From Octopus sinensis (taxonomy: Eukaryota): a stretch of 64,000 nt of DNA. The stretch's first letter is position 1. The number at the start of each line of letters is the position of its first letter. The notes beneath the pieces were generated by a model. The model ran no database searches, was not told the DNA's origin, and saw only the letters and a program-made list of their open reading frames with translations. This document shows, one piece after another, positions 51,895 through 64,000 of the stretch. The DNA lies in assembly GCF_006345805.1 (NCBI RefSeq), contig NC_042998.1:191456001-191520000 (forward strand), given 5' to 3'. A program made the position numbers and the translations under genes.

Positions 51895-52850
51895 CTCAAC
51901 ACCACTCGAATAACAGATAAGGTTTAAGCAGAATAAACTGTTCCGAATGTTCACAAGGAACATCCTAGGAGACTAGAAACATCAGTTCAAGAAATTTTGA
52001 GTATCACCTGAGACGTGAGATGAGAATTTTGAAATCAAGCGTACAACGTATTTTGAAGCTCTGACATCGGAAAAATTATATTCCAAGATGATACTAAGTT
52101 GAGAGCGGGGTTTTATGACTGGTACTTGGTAGGATGTGATTTTCTTACAAAGATTATTTGGAATAACAAAGTTACATTTATATTAAGTGGATCAAATAAA
52201 TGCAACAATATCACCTATTGCTGGTCTGAGAATACGGATATTATCAACGAAATAATGTAAATTTATCAATAGTTACAGTATTGTGCGGATGTTAAAAAAA
52301 AATAATTACACCGCGCTTTTTTGGTAGAACTGTATAACTGGACATATTTACTTGAACTTCCTGGGACAATCTGTCATACCAATTATTCAAAATGAGTTTG
52401 AAATTGTGGTTTTATATTTGGTGCAAGAGGGACTCTCTCACACTGCCATAATGATATAAGTGCCTATCTTGATGAGATTGTGCTAGACAAGTGGTTTGGA
52501 CGAAGAGGTTCAGTAGAATATCACCCGCTTTTACCCAACCTCTCACCAATATACTTTATTATGGGTTTACTTGAAAGACAAAGATTTTATGGCACAAAAA
52601 AGCAGAAGTCGACTAACTGATGGAAGTCATTGGACAAGAATGTGCAGAAATATCAAAAGGAATGTTTCCTTATGTTTAAGATTCCATAGTTTCACGCAAT
52701 CAGTGGTACCTGGAGAAGAACTGTCAACACTTTGAAAACAGGAGTTATAAAAATTAAATTTTGGAAGTAGAGTCCATCAAATGTATTTAGATAAACACTG
52801 ACTTTATAATCATTTACTGTGCATATACAATTTCTTCGTGGACATACTAT
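51895..52850 (+). mobile_element. Tc1/mariner-superfamily (DD41D/rosa-like) transposase remnant with right TIR
   Basis: TVPNVHKEHPRR, KSSVQRILK, QEG...H, AYLDEIVLDKWFGRRGSVEYHP (WIGRRG..WPPRSPDL-like). It ends in a TIR-like GTGGACATACTAT. Confidence 0.75.
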
Positions 52851-54225
52851 GCACACACATTTACATATAATTATTACAGTATTATATAGCTACTCGTATT
52901 GCAGATAATTCATGCTATTGCACATTTACTTATCAAGGAACCTTGACGGATGTCAGACATGGTTTAACTGAAGATTATATTTATTTATATATATATATAA
53001 ATGTGTGTGTGTGTGTGTGTTTGTGTATGTCCTTCTGACTTTCACTTCTCACAGAATACAATCAATATATGAAACACACATCAACCACTTATTTAACAGG
53101 GTGGATAAAGAAAATGTGAGGGTAGTTTGAAATAAAATAACAGATGCAGACGACTAGTCATTGGGCGACAATCACAAGACATTTTATCGTCATAATTTGG
53201 AACAGGCAGTATTCGTAATTCTCACTATGTAAACATGAATATATATTTTTACAATAGTATAGAAATATCTGTATGTGTATTTACTGTGAAGATTTTTGTG
53301 TATTTATTGTGAAAGTTTTTTTTATCTCTTCCTAGTAATTTAAATTTGATATCCTTAATTTTCATCATATTTATTATAGGTATGTTGTTTTTGGAATTCA
53401 CTCTTCTTAGATCTCCCAGCGGATTTCAACGGAACTGAATACTGATTGTGGTTTAGTTTGTGATATCATAAAACGAATCAATCCTTACTCTGCCAAAAAA
53501 TATATAAGAAAAGTAAATAATATATAAAGTGGCAGCAAAGACAGCTGTATGCTGGCAGGTTCTCTTTTGTTCCATAATGTTAAGCACCAATATATTACCA
53601 AGAATATTTAGCGATTTCAGTCCTTTGTAGATAGGCACATGTTTCTTAAACTATTCACAGTGAATCTATGAAACTTTAATAATGATTTAAAGAGCCACCT
53701 GTTTCCAGAAACATTTAAATTGGTAGATTTAAGCAGATAAAACGTAGAAAGCATAAAACTTCTGCAAAAGGAATATAAATAGCAACACTTTATGCATGCA
53801 AGTATGTAATATATATACATATATGTATGTATATATACATGTGTATGCATGTATATGATTATATGTGCATATAAGCATATATATGAAATTTCATACAAAT
53901 TCCCATAACCATCTTGTTCTATTTTAAAATTGCCTTTTTTCCCCCTTCAAATTTGCATTTGCTTTTTCTCCAATATTCTGCTCGGGCGCAGATATTATCA
54001 TAATACATTTGAACATACAATTTATACGGAAGAAATTTTGTATTTAATTCATTATAGATTGTCAATCAACATCAGAGATAACTAAGAAAAAATCTAAAAT
54101 TAGAAAATAAATATCATGATAGCTTTTTTCAATATAACAGTTTAAATGGTGATGTTATGCCTGCATATCAGGAATTGCTTACGCAAAAATTTTGAAACTT
54201 GATGCGTTCAAACTCCTGCAGCACG

Positions 54226-54406
<181 letters not shown>

Positions 54407-54407
54407 C

Positions 54408-54558
54408 GAGTGGCTGTGTGGTAAGTAGTTTGCTTACCAACCATATGGTACCGGGTTCAGTCTCACTGTGTGGTAACTTGGACAAGTGTCTTCTACTATA
54501 GCCTCAGGCTGACCAAGTCTTGTAAGTGGATTTGGTAGACGGAAACTGAAAGAAGCCC
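54408..54558 (+). mobile_element. SINE family B 5' half between (TA)n tracts
   Basis: GAGTGGCTGTGTGGTAAGTAG...GGAAACTGAAAGAAGCCC. Confidence 0.85.
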
Positions 54559-54565
54559 TATATTT

Positions 54566-54615
<50 letters not shown>

Positions 54616-55699
54616 ATATTTGGATTTCAATATATTATATGACCTGCATTGTAGATTGTTTTGCATTCTGTCTCACTGACAAGTATACGGATATGTGTGC
54701 TGAGATATGTCTGCATATAAACCCTAGTTCAAGGAAGTACTCAATACAAGTCTTGGGTAGAGTGGTTAACTTATAAATCTGCAAGAAATAGTCCCGTGTA
54801 GTGTTCACTCTGTATTATAGTGTCCAGTGTAATTTATCTGTTCGAATTGTCTTGGGCAAAGAACTCGTGTGTTTATCGGAGATGCAAGCATATATGATTA
54901 AAATGCATCGGGTGGATACATGTGACGGGTGCCACAAAATTATCTCTATTGTGTGTATGTGTTTATGTGTGTATGTGCGTGTAAATTGAATTTTGTTGTA
55001 GTGAGATTTACTTCGGTTTGGTTTACGACCAGTTTATGGACAATCGCTACCGCTCTGCTGCACAGACATTCCAATGCGTACGTATTTATTTATCCATTTA
55101 TTTATAGTTACTGTACATTCAGTTGTGCACGCGTACAAATAATACTATTTGTCTTTTACACTATAAGGATCATTTACTTATAATATGAAAGACTTTTGAA
55201 TAAGTAAAACATCAAAAATGCAAAATACCTAATAGTTGTGTGATATTGGTAATAGATAATTACAAGACTGTGCTATTATTTATATGGAATTTAAATGAAA
55301 CTTTTATACCAATCGTATAAATACTTTATTTACTCCTGCGTTCCGTTTTAGTAGTTTCTAGAATTTATAACTTTAATTATCACCGAATGTCAATAACTAC
55401 ACGACAGAATGTGTGTACAAAGCAATTTCTAATGAAGTTTCTCACTCATTCATTATGTACTTTTCTCCGAAATATTTATTAACTGTTCTTTATGTAATTC
55501 AGTCAAAAAGCTGTTCAAACATGTTTCCAGTGAAGAAACAGTATCAGTCTCATGTACGTAAAGATTACCAGACTTAACGTACTGTGTATTTTTTAATGTA
55601 TCGACCGGAGCCGTTAGACGACAACTTCTAGGATGCGTAAATGGTGGAAATGAATAATGTTTTTGTAGTCCTTTCGTAAATAGAAGCCATTTAACAAGT

Positions 55700-56000
55700 T
55701 CGTTCTTGAGTGCTTATATTGCAGGTTGTGCAAATCTTGCAAATCATATTTTATAGAAGATACTAATTATTAGTGGTTAGAAAAAGCGTGATTTGCACTG
55801 CTAGTTCACTAATAAAATATTTTTCGAGATTCATTTCGACTGTAACACAAAACAAAATTCTGGAAACAACTTTGAAGTTATGAGAAGGCCCAAATGTGTC
55901 AGGTAATGCTGAGTAAGTGCTATGGACATACTATAGTTAAGCTCCAGCTTCGGTGATTGTGCGAATGAGGAGTCCAACGAAGGTCATATATTAGCATGAA
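55700..56000 (-). pseudogene. Possible mariner catalytic C-terminal remnant
   Basis: Minus strand reads HSTYSALPDTFGPSHNF, resembling HPPYSPDLAPSDY. Confidence 0.3.
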
Positions 56001-56152
56001 TATATGTAAAAAATTAACAGAATGAGATAATAAAAAATCCAAGGCTGTGAAATATTTCAGAACATTTATCCCCGGAAACAGCTGTAAGACTTTCTCTTTA
56101 TATATGTCCTGAAATCTTTCACAGCCTAGGATTTTTTTTTATCTCTTCTTGT

Positions 56153-56336
56153 TAATACATACATAAATACATACATACATACATGCATGCATACGTACGT
56201 ACATACATAAGTGAATACATACATACGTACATACATACATAAATACATACATACATACATACATACATACATACATACATACATACATACATACATACAT
56301 ACATACATACATACATACATACATACATACATACAT
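56153..56336. repeat. (TACA)n microsatellite
   Basis: Direct reading. Confidence 0.96.
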
Positions 56337-56723
56337 GTATCCGACTGCCCGTTGAAGGCTTGCGCATATGAAAATCTGTTCGAAAGCCAAGCAGAAAGAA
56401 AATAATTTCAGACAGATGCTTCTAAACCTGCTGCTTCTGTACCCGGATTATATAATCGCATTTATATCCGCAATTATTGGTGCATTTCATTTGGTTAACA
56501 AATATCCATGTGATATACTTGAAGAAATTTACTCGCTAATACTCACACTACAAATAAAATCTGTATCGGATTAGAAAAACTATATCGGACCTTGTTTTGG
56601 TTATGTACATTCTAATGCTAGAGCTTTGTATCTTCGACATAAATCAGCTCCATTCTCATCGAAAGGATCCAAGTAACTAAAATTGGAAGTTAACACACAT
56701 ACACACACACATATATATTAAGT

Positions 56724-56759
<36 letters not shown>

Positions 56760-59700
56760 CAGAGGAGGTGGAAGAGGTAGAGGAATTAAGATAACGGTTC
56801 GCTACCTCTATCAAACACACTATAGCATAAAATCTATGTATGAAGGATTTTCTGAAGGATCAGCTCTACAATGACATTGATGACAAGCTGCATTTTGTGC
56901 TTTCGTTTGTGAACTACGTTTATATATTACCTAGTATCTGTGGTTCATCATAAAAGGTTGTATTTTATACACATTCCTCATTTGTTTTATCGTTATCAAT
57001 CAAAAGTACTAATTAAGATTCAAGTAATCAGATTAACAATTATGCAATTCGTTTGATTAAACCTAGTGTGAGTAGTTACTGTTTCCCGATTAGGCAAGCG
57101 TGTTGGTTGCGTATTGTTAATTTTTTTCTCTTTCGCATGACTAACATTCTTGGAAATGTCAATTAAGCATCCTCACGATCCAATAGGAATAGTCATCTAA
57201 TTTCAATATATAAAAACATTCAGAGTCCGAAGGTACTGGCGTTTGGCTGTCGGCAAAAACGATATAGTGAAGTTCGTGAGTTTGTATTCGATTCGTGATC
57301 TTTGAAGAGGAATCTGATATTCCGGCATGTGTATGTATGTATCTGTGGTTATATATAAATCCGTTCTCATTACTTAGTTGAATCTCATATCGTATCGTCA
57401 ATCAGGACGAGTTTCATTATTTTGATAGCTGTTGAACTTATTCATGAGACATTTGTCCATAAATTGTTAACATTCTTCCCCAAAACTAACAATCAACTAT
57501 CATCCCAATTTCTAGTCACACTTTAGATATATGGCTATTGGTTATTTAGTGACTTTATATATTATTATGTATATTTAATCGTATTTATTTATTTACATTT
57601 GGTGATAAGACATTAGACATAACTGAAAGAAATAGCCTATTTAGAAGCAATCGTTTCTGTATCGTTATAAACCCGAGTGCAAATGGAAAATATAATTGTT
57701 TATGACTTCAGTTTTGATTGTGATGTGATTAATCTGCAAATAAAATTTCGAAATATGATGTACTTGTTATGCCATAGCCAATAAATTTCATATGTTCATT
57801 AATTTTAAAACAATTTTATAATTACATCAACATTATTTTATGGAATATGCTAACTGCTCGTTATTCGGGTAAGTTTTCTTCTACAGATGACTTACGGCAC
57901 AGGATTTGAAATTCAGTTGCCACCGTTTTTGAGCGTGTCCATGACAGTAGATGTGTTAAAAACAGTCACAAGAATAAATCTGGTTTAAAAGGAAATAAAT
58001 TCCTACACGTTTTCTTCCACAGATTAATTCTACTATTTATACAATTAAATCTATACAAATTTAAAGTTGCACAAGTATTTTATAATTTTTTGGTGAAAGT
58101 TCTGAAGGCCATGAAATCAGTTTATACTTTAATATTTTTATTTAAAGAATGCTTGATTGCATTTGGATTCATCACTTTACTTTGAGCATTCAAATCCTTT
58201 CGAGACCATTTTTATCTTTCATGCCTCTAGCTCAGCAAGAACTGGTGGTGGGGGGGGGATTATATCAAGTGATTTACGTGTGCACATCTTAGAATCTAAT
58301 TATTTCTCCGTATTTTCTCGTTTTTCTAGCATTTCTACATACGTAAATCATTTTATTATCTGCTATATCTTCTGTATTTAAGTTTGAAAGCTCCATATCT
58401 AAATGCCAAACGATTTATTACACTATTGCAGATTACAATACAGGATTTCCATTATATTTCCTTTAATATTGTTTATTCATACGTACCTCACACAAATATC
58501 AAATATCTTAGTAATAGAGCAGGTTTTAAACAGATATCCCTCAACTTATTTCGTCCGCATATGTTTCCGAGATTACTCGAATAGTTATTTACAGATAAAA
58601 AAAATACTACTCTTTTATTATGCAGAACCCTAACGTCATAATTTAATCAAGATAATATTTCTCTGATTATTTACTTCAATCATAATTGAAGAATTATATA
58701 CGAAATATATATAACCTCTTCCATATAACGATAACTTTATATTCGTCAATGGCAGAAATAGAAAAGAAAAGACAGTTACATGTGGGTAAACACGTGTATC
58801 GAACAACTTTATTGGTATAAGGGAAAGATAACTTCGAGAGAACGAGTTTATACGTATTTTCTTTTCTAATTATGTTACATAACAACCCAACAGAAGAAAT
58901 AATAAATAAAGGTTCTGTTATTTTTCAGCTACAGAAATGTAATTACATAAACAGGATTCTTACTGTCACTTAGGAGATTAAATGTTTAGTTAACACACAG
59001 AATCGGGATAAGAGGCTTCTATATTCTTATATTATGTTGAAAGCGGAAAAAAAAACACAATAGATCATTCATGTTTGTGGCAATTCAAGGAATAATATGA
59101 TGCTTACTGATAGACATATTTTCGTGCAAACAATTACAAAGTCTCATCGGTAGGAAACTATCCATTTATACATTCAAATCAACTCATATAGTTCCTTAAA
59201 CATACACACACACAGACCCTACACACACATATATGAGTGTGAGTGTTTATACATGTCGCTCTATATGTGTGTGTTTTCGTGTGTGTGTGCGTACGTGTGT
59301 GGGCATGTCTTTGTGAATGTGTGTGTATAAATACATATGTATTATACACCTATACATATATATACATATATACATACATATCTATATATACATATACACA
59401 CACATCTATGTATACATGTATGTTTTTCTTTATATGTGCGTATGTATGCACCAACTACGCATGTATATATGTATAGTACGTGTAATATTGTGTTAGCTTG
59501 CGCTTGTAATAAACAATATATTTTAACGAAATACTGATTACAGAGTAACGTTTTTCACGGAGACTCCTTAGTTGAAAATGTTAAGATAAAATTTCAGAGA
59601 CTTCGGAATAAAGTATAGTGGGAACAAAGCCTTTGTGTTTAGTAGATGAGTAATGCAATAATGATAATTCAGAAGGGAAGGGACATTTTAATCGAATCCT

Positions 59701-62463
59701 ATTTTGCAATCTGATATAAACGAATCACATTTTATACAAACCAGTGTCATACCTTTGAGAAATAGAAATATTCTTCTATAGCTATTGTTTATCGTTGTTT
59801 AGTATGCATTCAGGAATTGATATCAGTAATTTTAGAAAATAGCAATGAAAATAAATACCCTGCAGATTATGACCAAATGATTGCTGCTTTAGTTGTTCCT
59901 ATAAAACATTGTAGGAAGGAATTGATGGGAGCGTGCATGGAAATTCTAAAGGTTACAATTAATGCATGTCAAAATTCTATATCAGAAATAAAGAGAATGA
60001 TCTTGTAATTATCATTGATATCACCAGCAATACTTCATCTCATCACCTTCATTATCTTCGTCGCCGTTGTCGTAGTTGTCATCGTCATCAAAGAGAACCT
60101 CGTGGTCAAATTAATAAGGATTTTGAAATAATGCGAACAACTCATATATTTGAGCCTGCAGTGTAAAAATAACATAAATATTACGTTTGGCTCTCAGAGC
60201 ATGACAGAGCTGTTTTGTATATCAAAACGTTTACACAACTTTTGATGCAGTATAGAAAGGTATATTTATTGCTTCCTCTTCTTTAACCCTCACTCAACTA
60301 CTACCAATAAAGCAAAGCAAGAGAGGAGATCATAGAATCTCCATTTACCATCCATAATATTACTGAATGTTATTTATAACAACTGATTGACTGATATAAA
60401 ATTTTACCTAAGATAAACAATACACTAATGAATTCGAATGTGTGTGTTTCAGTGCGTGTGTGAGGCGATAACAAACGGAAAATATTAACTAGGCATTGTT
60501 CCTTCTAAACTTCAATATTGCATCCAGGCTCTGAAATGTTAACTGTATAACAGAACATTATTATTTTCTCTAACTCTCAATGTAGCAAATATTATCATCA
60601 AATTCATTTTATTATCATTTGTTTCAAACTGAAGCACATATATGTCTTCTAAGTGATCTAGTGATATTAAGTTTATCCGAATTCTCTGAATACTGATATC
60701 AATTCTTGGAACATTACTAAAACAATTCCTTAATGTAAAGTTTATGACATTGCATATTGTAAACATCATATGGTATCGTATGCACGTACACACACACAGA
60801 GCACACACAGCACACACTAACATATAAGTGTGTGTATGTATTTATGTATGTATATATATATCATAAATGCATATGCATATACATATATAAATACATGTAT
60901 GCACGCACAATTCCCACCACCACGTATATGTATGCATGCACGTATGTATCTTCCTCAAGCGGCTGTATCAAAAATGCGTTCCACCACTCACCAGGCTACA
61001 CTATCAAAATGAAGATCTAAGAAAGCTAAGAGGATACAAATAGCTATCTCTTATTAGTATTAGTAGGTTCTCTTTTTGTGTTGTGTGCCTGTAGCAAAAA
61101 GCATCAATCTTGCCTTTCTCCTGAGCAGCCTTTTGTACGCTCCATACTCATACTCTGAAGAAGGCCAGGTATGCTGATGCGGTAATACTTGATTGCCAGA
61201 TGTTGTGGATCTTGTTTGGAGCATTCCAGGTTGTCTCCTGCATGTTGGGATACTTTTTCTTACACTCAGTAAGACAATATACATAGTTCTTGAAGTCAAC
61301 GACCTCTTTTCGTTGTTGGAATACCTACATTGAGGAAATACACTGGCAGGTGGCCTTCCATGTGTTGTTAATTTCTGTCCACCGGTGCTGCAAGCAATGA
61401 AAAAATTACAGGCTCTTCGCTGCGATCTCATTCATTCATTCTTTCATTCGTTCATTCATACATGCATCCATGCATCCATCCAATCATTCATTCATTCTTT
61501 ATTCTTTATTCTTTCTTTCTACATTTTTTCTCTTTCGTTCTTTTTTCCTTCTCTATAAATGGATCACCATTGCATGTGCGTTCAGTTTTTATTTCTTTTA
61601 AATTACGGATAATTTGAATTAGTCTCACTCTGAAATTGTTTCTTTTTATGAGAGATTATATTTTGCAGACGCCATTATCGAAAATAGCTATTTTGCGAAG
61701 GAGGATAAAGCTAAACATTTTAGCTGTAAATAAAATTTTGCTGCATACACACAAGCGCGCGCGGAGATAGGTTGGCGCCCTTAAGATGGCAAGAAGCATT
61801 CTTCTGTAGACAATAGAATTATAATATCCTATACAAATGCACACATAATATACATGTGTGTGTGTGTGTGTGTATGTATATGTACATATATATATATATA
61901 CATATATATATATGTATATATATGTCTCATTTATATATCTATATATATATATATATATTGTTATATTTCGGAATGGTCATATTGCCAGTTTAGCCAATAA
62001 AAACACACGCACTATATATTTGGTGTTATTTTGCTTCAGTGATATTTATTTTTTACATTAATCTTAATCTTATTTCGGCCAAAGTTCTTCCGTCACACTC
62101 CTGTGACCGCATCAGTGGTCCTTTGTTTTCTTCTCACTTACTTGTGTCTCTCCTTACTAACCGTCAGCCATTTTGTATTTCTATTGTATGTCTTCATCTG
62201 CGCATGCTTATATCTCTATGTGCGTCTATGTTTTTTTAGTGTGTGTGTGGGGGGATGCCTGTAATATTTGTATCTTCTGGTTATATACATTCTTGTAATT
62301 TGTATTTTGTTTTGTTGTTGTTGCTTTTGTTCTAAATTTGTTCATGTGTTACATCCACCCATTATTATCATTACATATGATTGTATGTATGTATAACAAC
62401 AATATTAGTAATAATAATAATAAATCTAATTGAAAAAAAAAATTAAAAAATTAAATAAAAAAA

Positions 62464-62506
<43 letters not shown>

Positions 62507-62518
62507 ATATATATATAC

Positions 62519-62549
<31 letters not shown>

Positions 62550-62597
62550 CACATATACCACACATATACACACACACATACACATATACATATATAT

Positions 62598-63495
62598 AGT
62601 TATTCATTCTATTTCTTTAATTATCTGTGTATTTATTATGTTTGCAGGATCCACTATCGTCATATGTTGTGGTGTGCGCTATTGCTCCATTCTAGTTTTC
62701 TATTCAGGCTAGGTTTATTTTCTATTATATGTGTAGCTTCTGTAATTTGTCTAATTGTTGCATCTGTTCTATGTGTGGACAATATCTTAATCTCTATGTT
62801 ATTGATTGATCCCCCGTGTTCTTGTTCAGCGTGTTGGTACAGAATCGATGAACTTTTACCTTCCTTGAGTTGTCTCCAATGTTCATTCACCCGCTCACCA
62901 ATGCTTCTTGCTGTTTCCCCTACGTATGTTACTGTCTTGTTACTGCATCGTCCCTCTATACATCTTATACTATAGACCACATTTCTGGCTTTACAGTTTG
63001 TTTGTGGGCTAAATCTACATACAGGGCAATAGTTATCCGTACAGAGAGTTCTACTAAAAGGATAGCTTCTACCAATTATAGATCTGATAGGGTTGCCTGG
63101 CTTTTCAACAACCTTAATTCTTAGTTTAAGTTTATCTAGGGTCCTTCTAAAGCGGTACGCCAGTTCACCTCCAGGGGTGGTGTCAACGAACATGACACTC
63201 TGGTATTTATGGCTATCATACCAAGAGTTGGCCTTCCCTATTTTTTTTTTGTCCTTTCTATAGTGTTCCATGACTTGTTCCTATAGAGTGGGCAAATCCC
63301 ATTCCTATCATTACATAATATATTATCAAATTTCTTCATGGCTCCTTTCTATACTCTGACCCTTTCTTTATGGCTGTAACCTGAGAACTGCATGCGGTGA
63401 ATGAAATACTGTATGTGTCTCTTTAATTCTGTAGGCTCGCACATGCGTGACACATTTCTCATTATTCTGAAGAGGTCTGCCATCAAAATAGTGAA
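62598..63495 (-). mobile_element. Penelope-like element (Naiad-like), 3' half: RT thumb, linker, GIY-YIG endonuclease, short 3' UTR ending at (TA)n
   Basis: ILMADLFRIMRNVS...MQFSGY...PLYRNKSW, then after a poly-T frameshift the 62660-63271 ORF. Confidence 0.9.
62660..63271 (-). CDS. GIY-YIG endonuclease domain ORF of the Penelope-like element (partial)
   Basis: Cx4Cx2C...C linker, VVYSIRC...YVGETARSIGERVNEH, HAEQEH, EATHI...PSLNRKLEW. Confidence 0.88.
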   Translation of the reverse strand: MEHYRKDKKKIGKANSWYDSHKYQSVMFVDTTPGGELAYRFRRTLDKLKLRIKVVEKPGNPIRSIIGRSYPFSRTLCTDNYCPVCRFSPQTNCKARNVVYSIRCIEGRCSNKTVTYVGETARSIGERVNEHWRQLKEGKSSSILYQHAEQEHGGSINNIEIKILSTHRTDATIRQITEATHIIENKPSLNRKLEWSNSAHHNI

Positions 63496-64000
63496 TACTT
63501 AGATAAACATAATCTTAGTAGTTTCTGCCCCAGTAGATGTTTAAGAGGTAGACCGCCTACAATTACTTCTATGGCTAGGAAGACACATATAGAAAGATGG
63601 CGCGGATGGACCAGAGCCATACGGAGCCCCGCAAATGTCCATCAGGTAAAGAAAATGATCGCACATGCACTAGGAGCTAGTATAGGTTACCCTAAAAGGC
63701 CACAACATTTAAATTAATAATAAAATATATGCCCAGGACGAGGGGGCAGCCATCGGTGTTAGTATCGCTGGTGATGTGGCCAACCTCTTCATGGTATGGT
63801 GGGACAGAAGGCTTAAAGAATGCCTACTGCAGAAATCCATACTTGTAAACATGTACTCTCGCTATGTTGATGATATCATATAGTAGTAAAGGCACCCCCA
63901 CAAGAGAGTAATGTTGATATAGTAATAGAAACTAATACTATGGAGAGCATCCAGCAAATAGCTAACTCCATCCACCAGAGTATTAAGGTCACAATAGACT
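63491..64000 (+). pseudogene. Penelope-like reverse transcriptase core, inverted relative to the endonuclease half, running off the window
   Basis: PSRCLRGRPPTIT, KIYAQDEGAAIGVSIAGDVANLFMVWWD, SRYVDDI (YVDD at 63863-63874). Contains frameshifts. Confidence 0.9.

Noticed and set aside
61060-61431. 123-aa ORF or piggyBac Cys-rich C-terminal remnant
   Set aside because: Only scattered motif resemblance across frames, which is too weak to call.
62598-63500. Selenoprotein-type recoding in the Naiad-like element
   Set aside because: No in-frame TGA at Cys positions was seen. The internal stops seen are TAG/TAA decay, and the 62-nt 3' UTR shows no evident SECIS.

Overview
Eukaryotic, AT-rich, microsatellite-dense genomic DNA, most likely from an octopus or other coleoid cephalopod (inferred from two abundant tRNA-derived SINE families and the (TA)n/(TACA)n/(TATG)n landscape). 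I can support no host protein-coding gene: most supplied ORFs are microsatellite translations, and only weak candidate exons exist. The window is mainly transposon remnants: SINEs with TSDs, RTE, R4/Dong-like and L1/Tx1-like LINEs, mariner/DD41D-like/pogo-like DNA transposons, a Helitron-like element, several long fold-backs, and a Penelope-like (probably Naiad-type) element whose RT and GIY-YIG halves point in opposite directions. The most interesting signal is four type-I hammerhead-ribozyme folds (CUGANGA core, GAAA, palindromic helix III, GUH site) at 5017-5044(-), 24590-24678(-), 41031-41100(-) and 42220-42303(+). All four lie close to the inferred 3' ends of elements, three of which abut (TA)n tracts. 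One appears to sit in the 3' UTR of an L1/Tx1-like LINE, and two form the arms of a 1.3-kb inverted repeat with a compensatory helix-I change. All calls come from reading the sequence by eye; no searches or folding were run.
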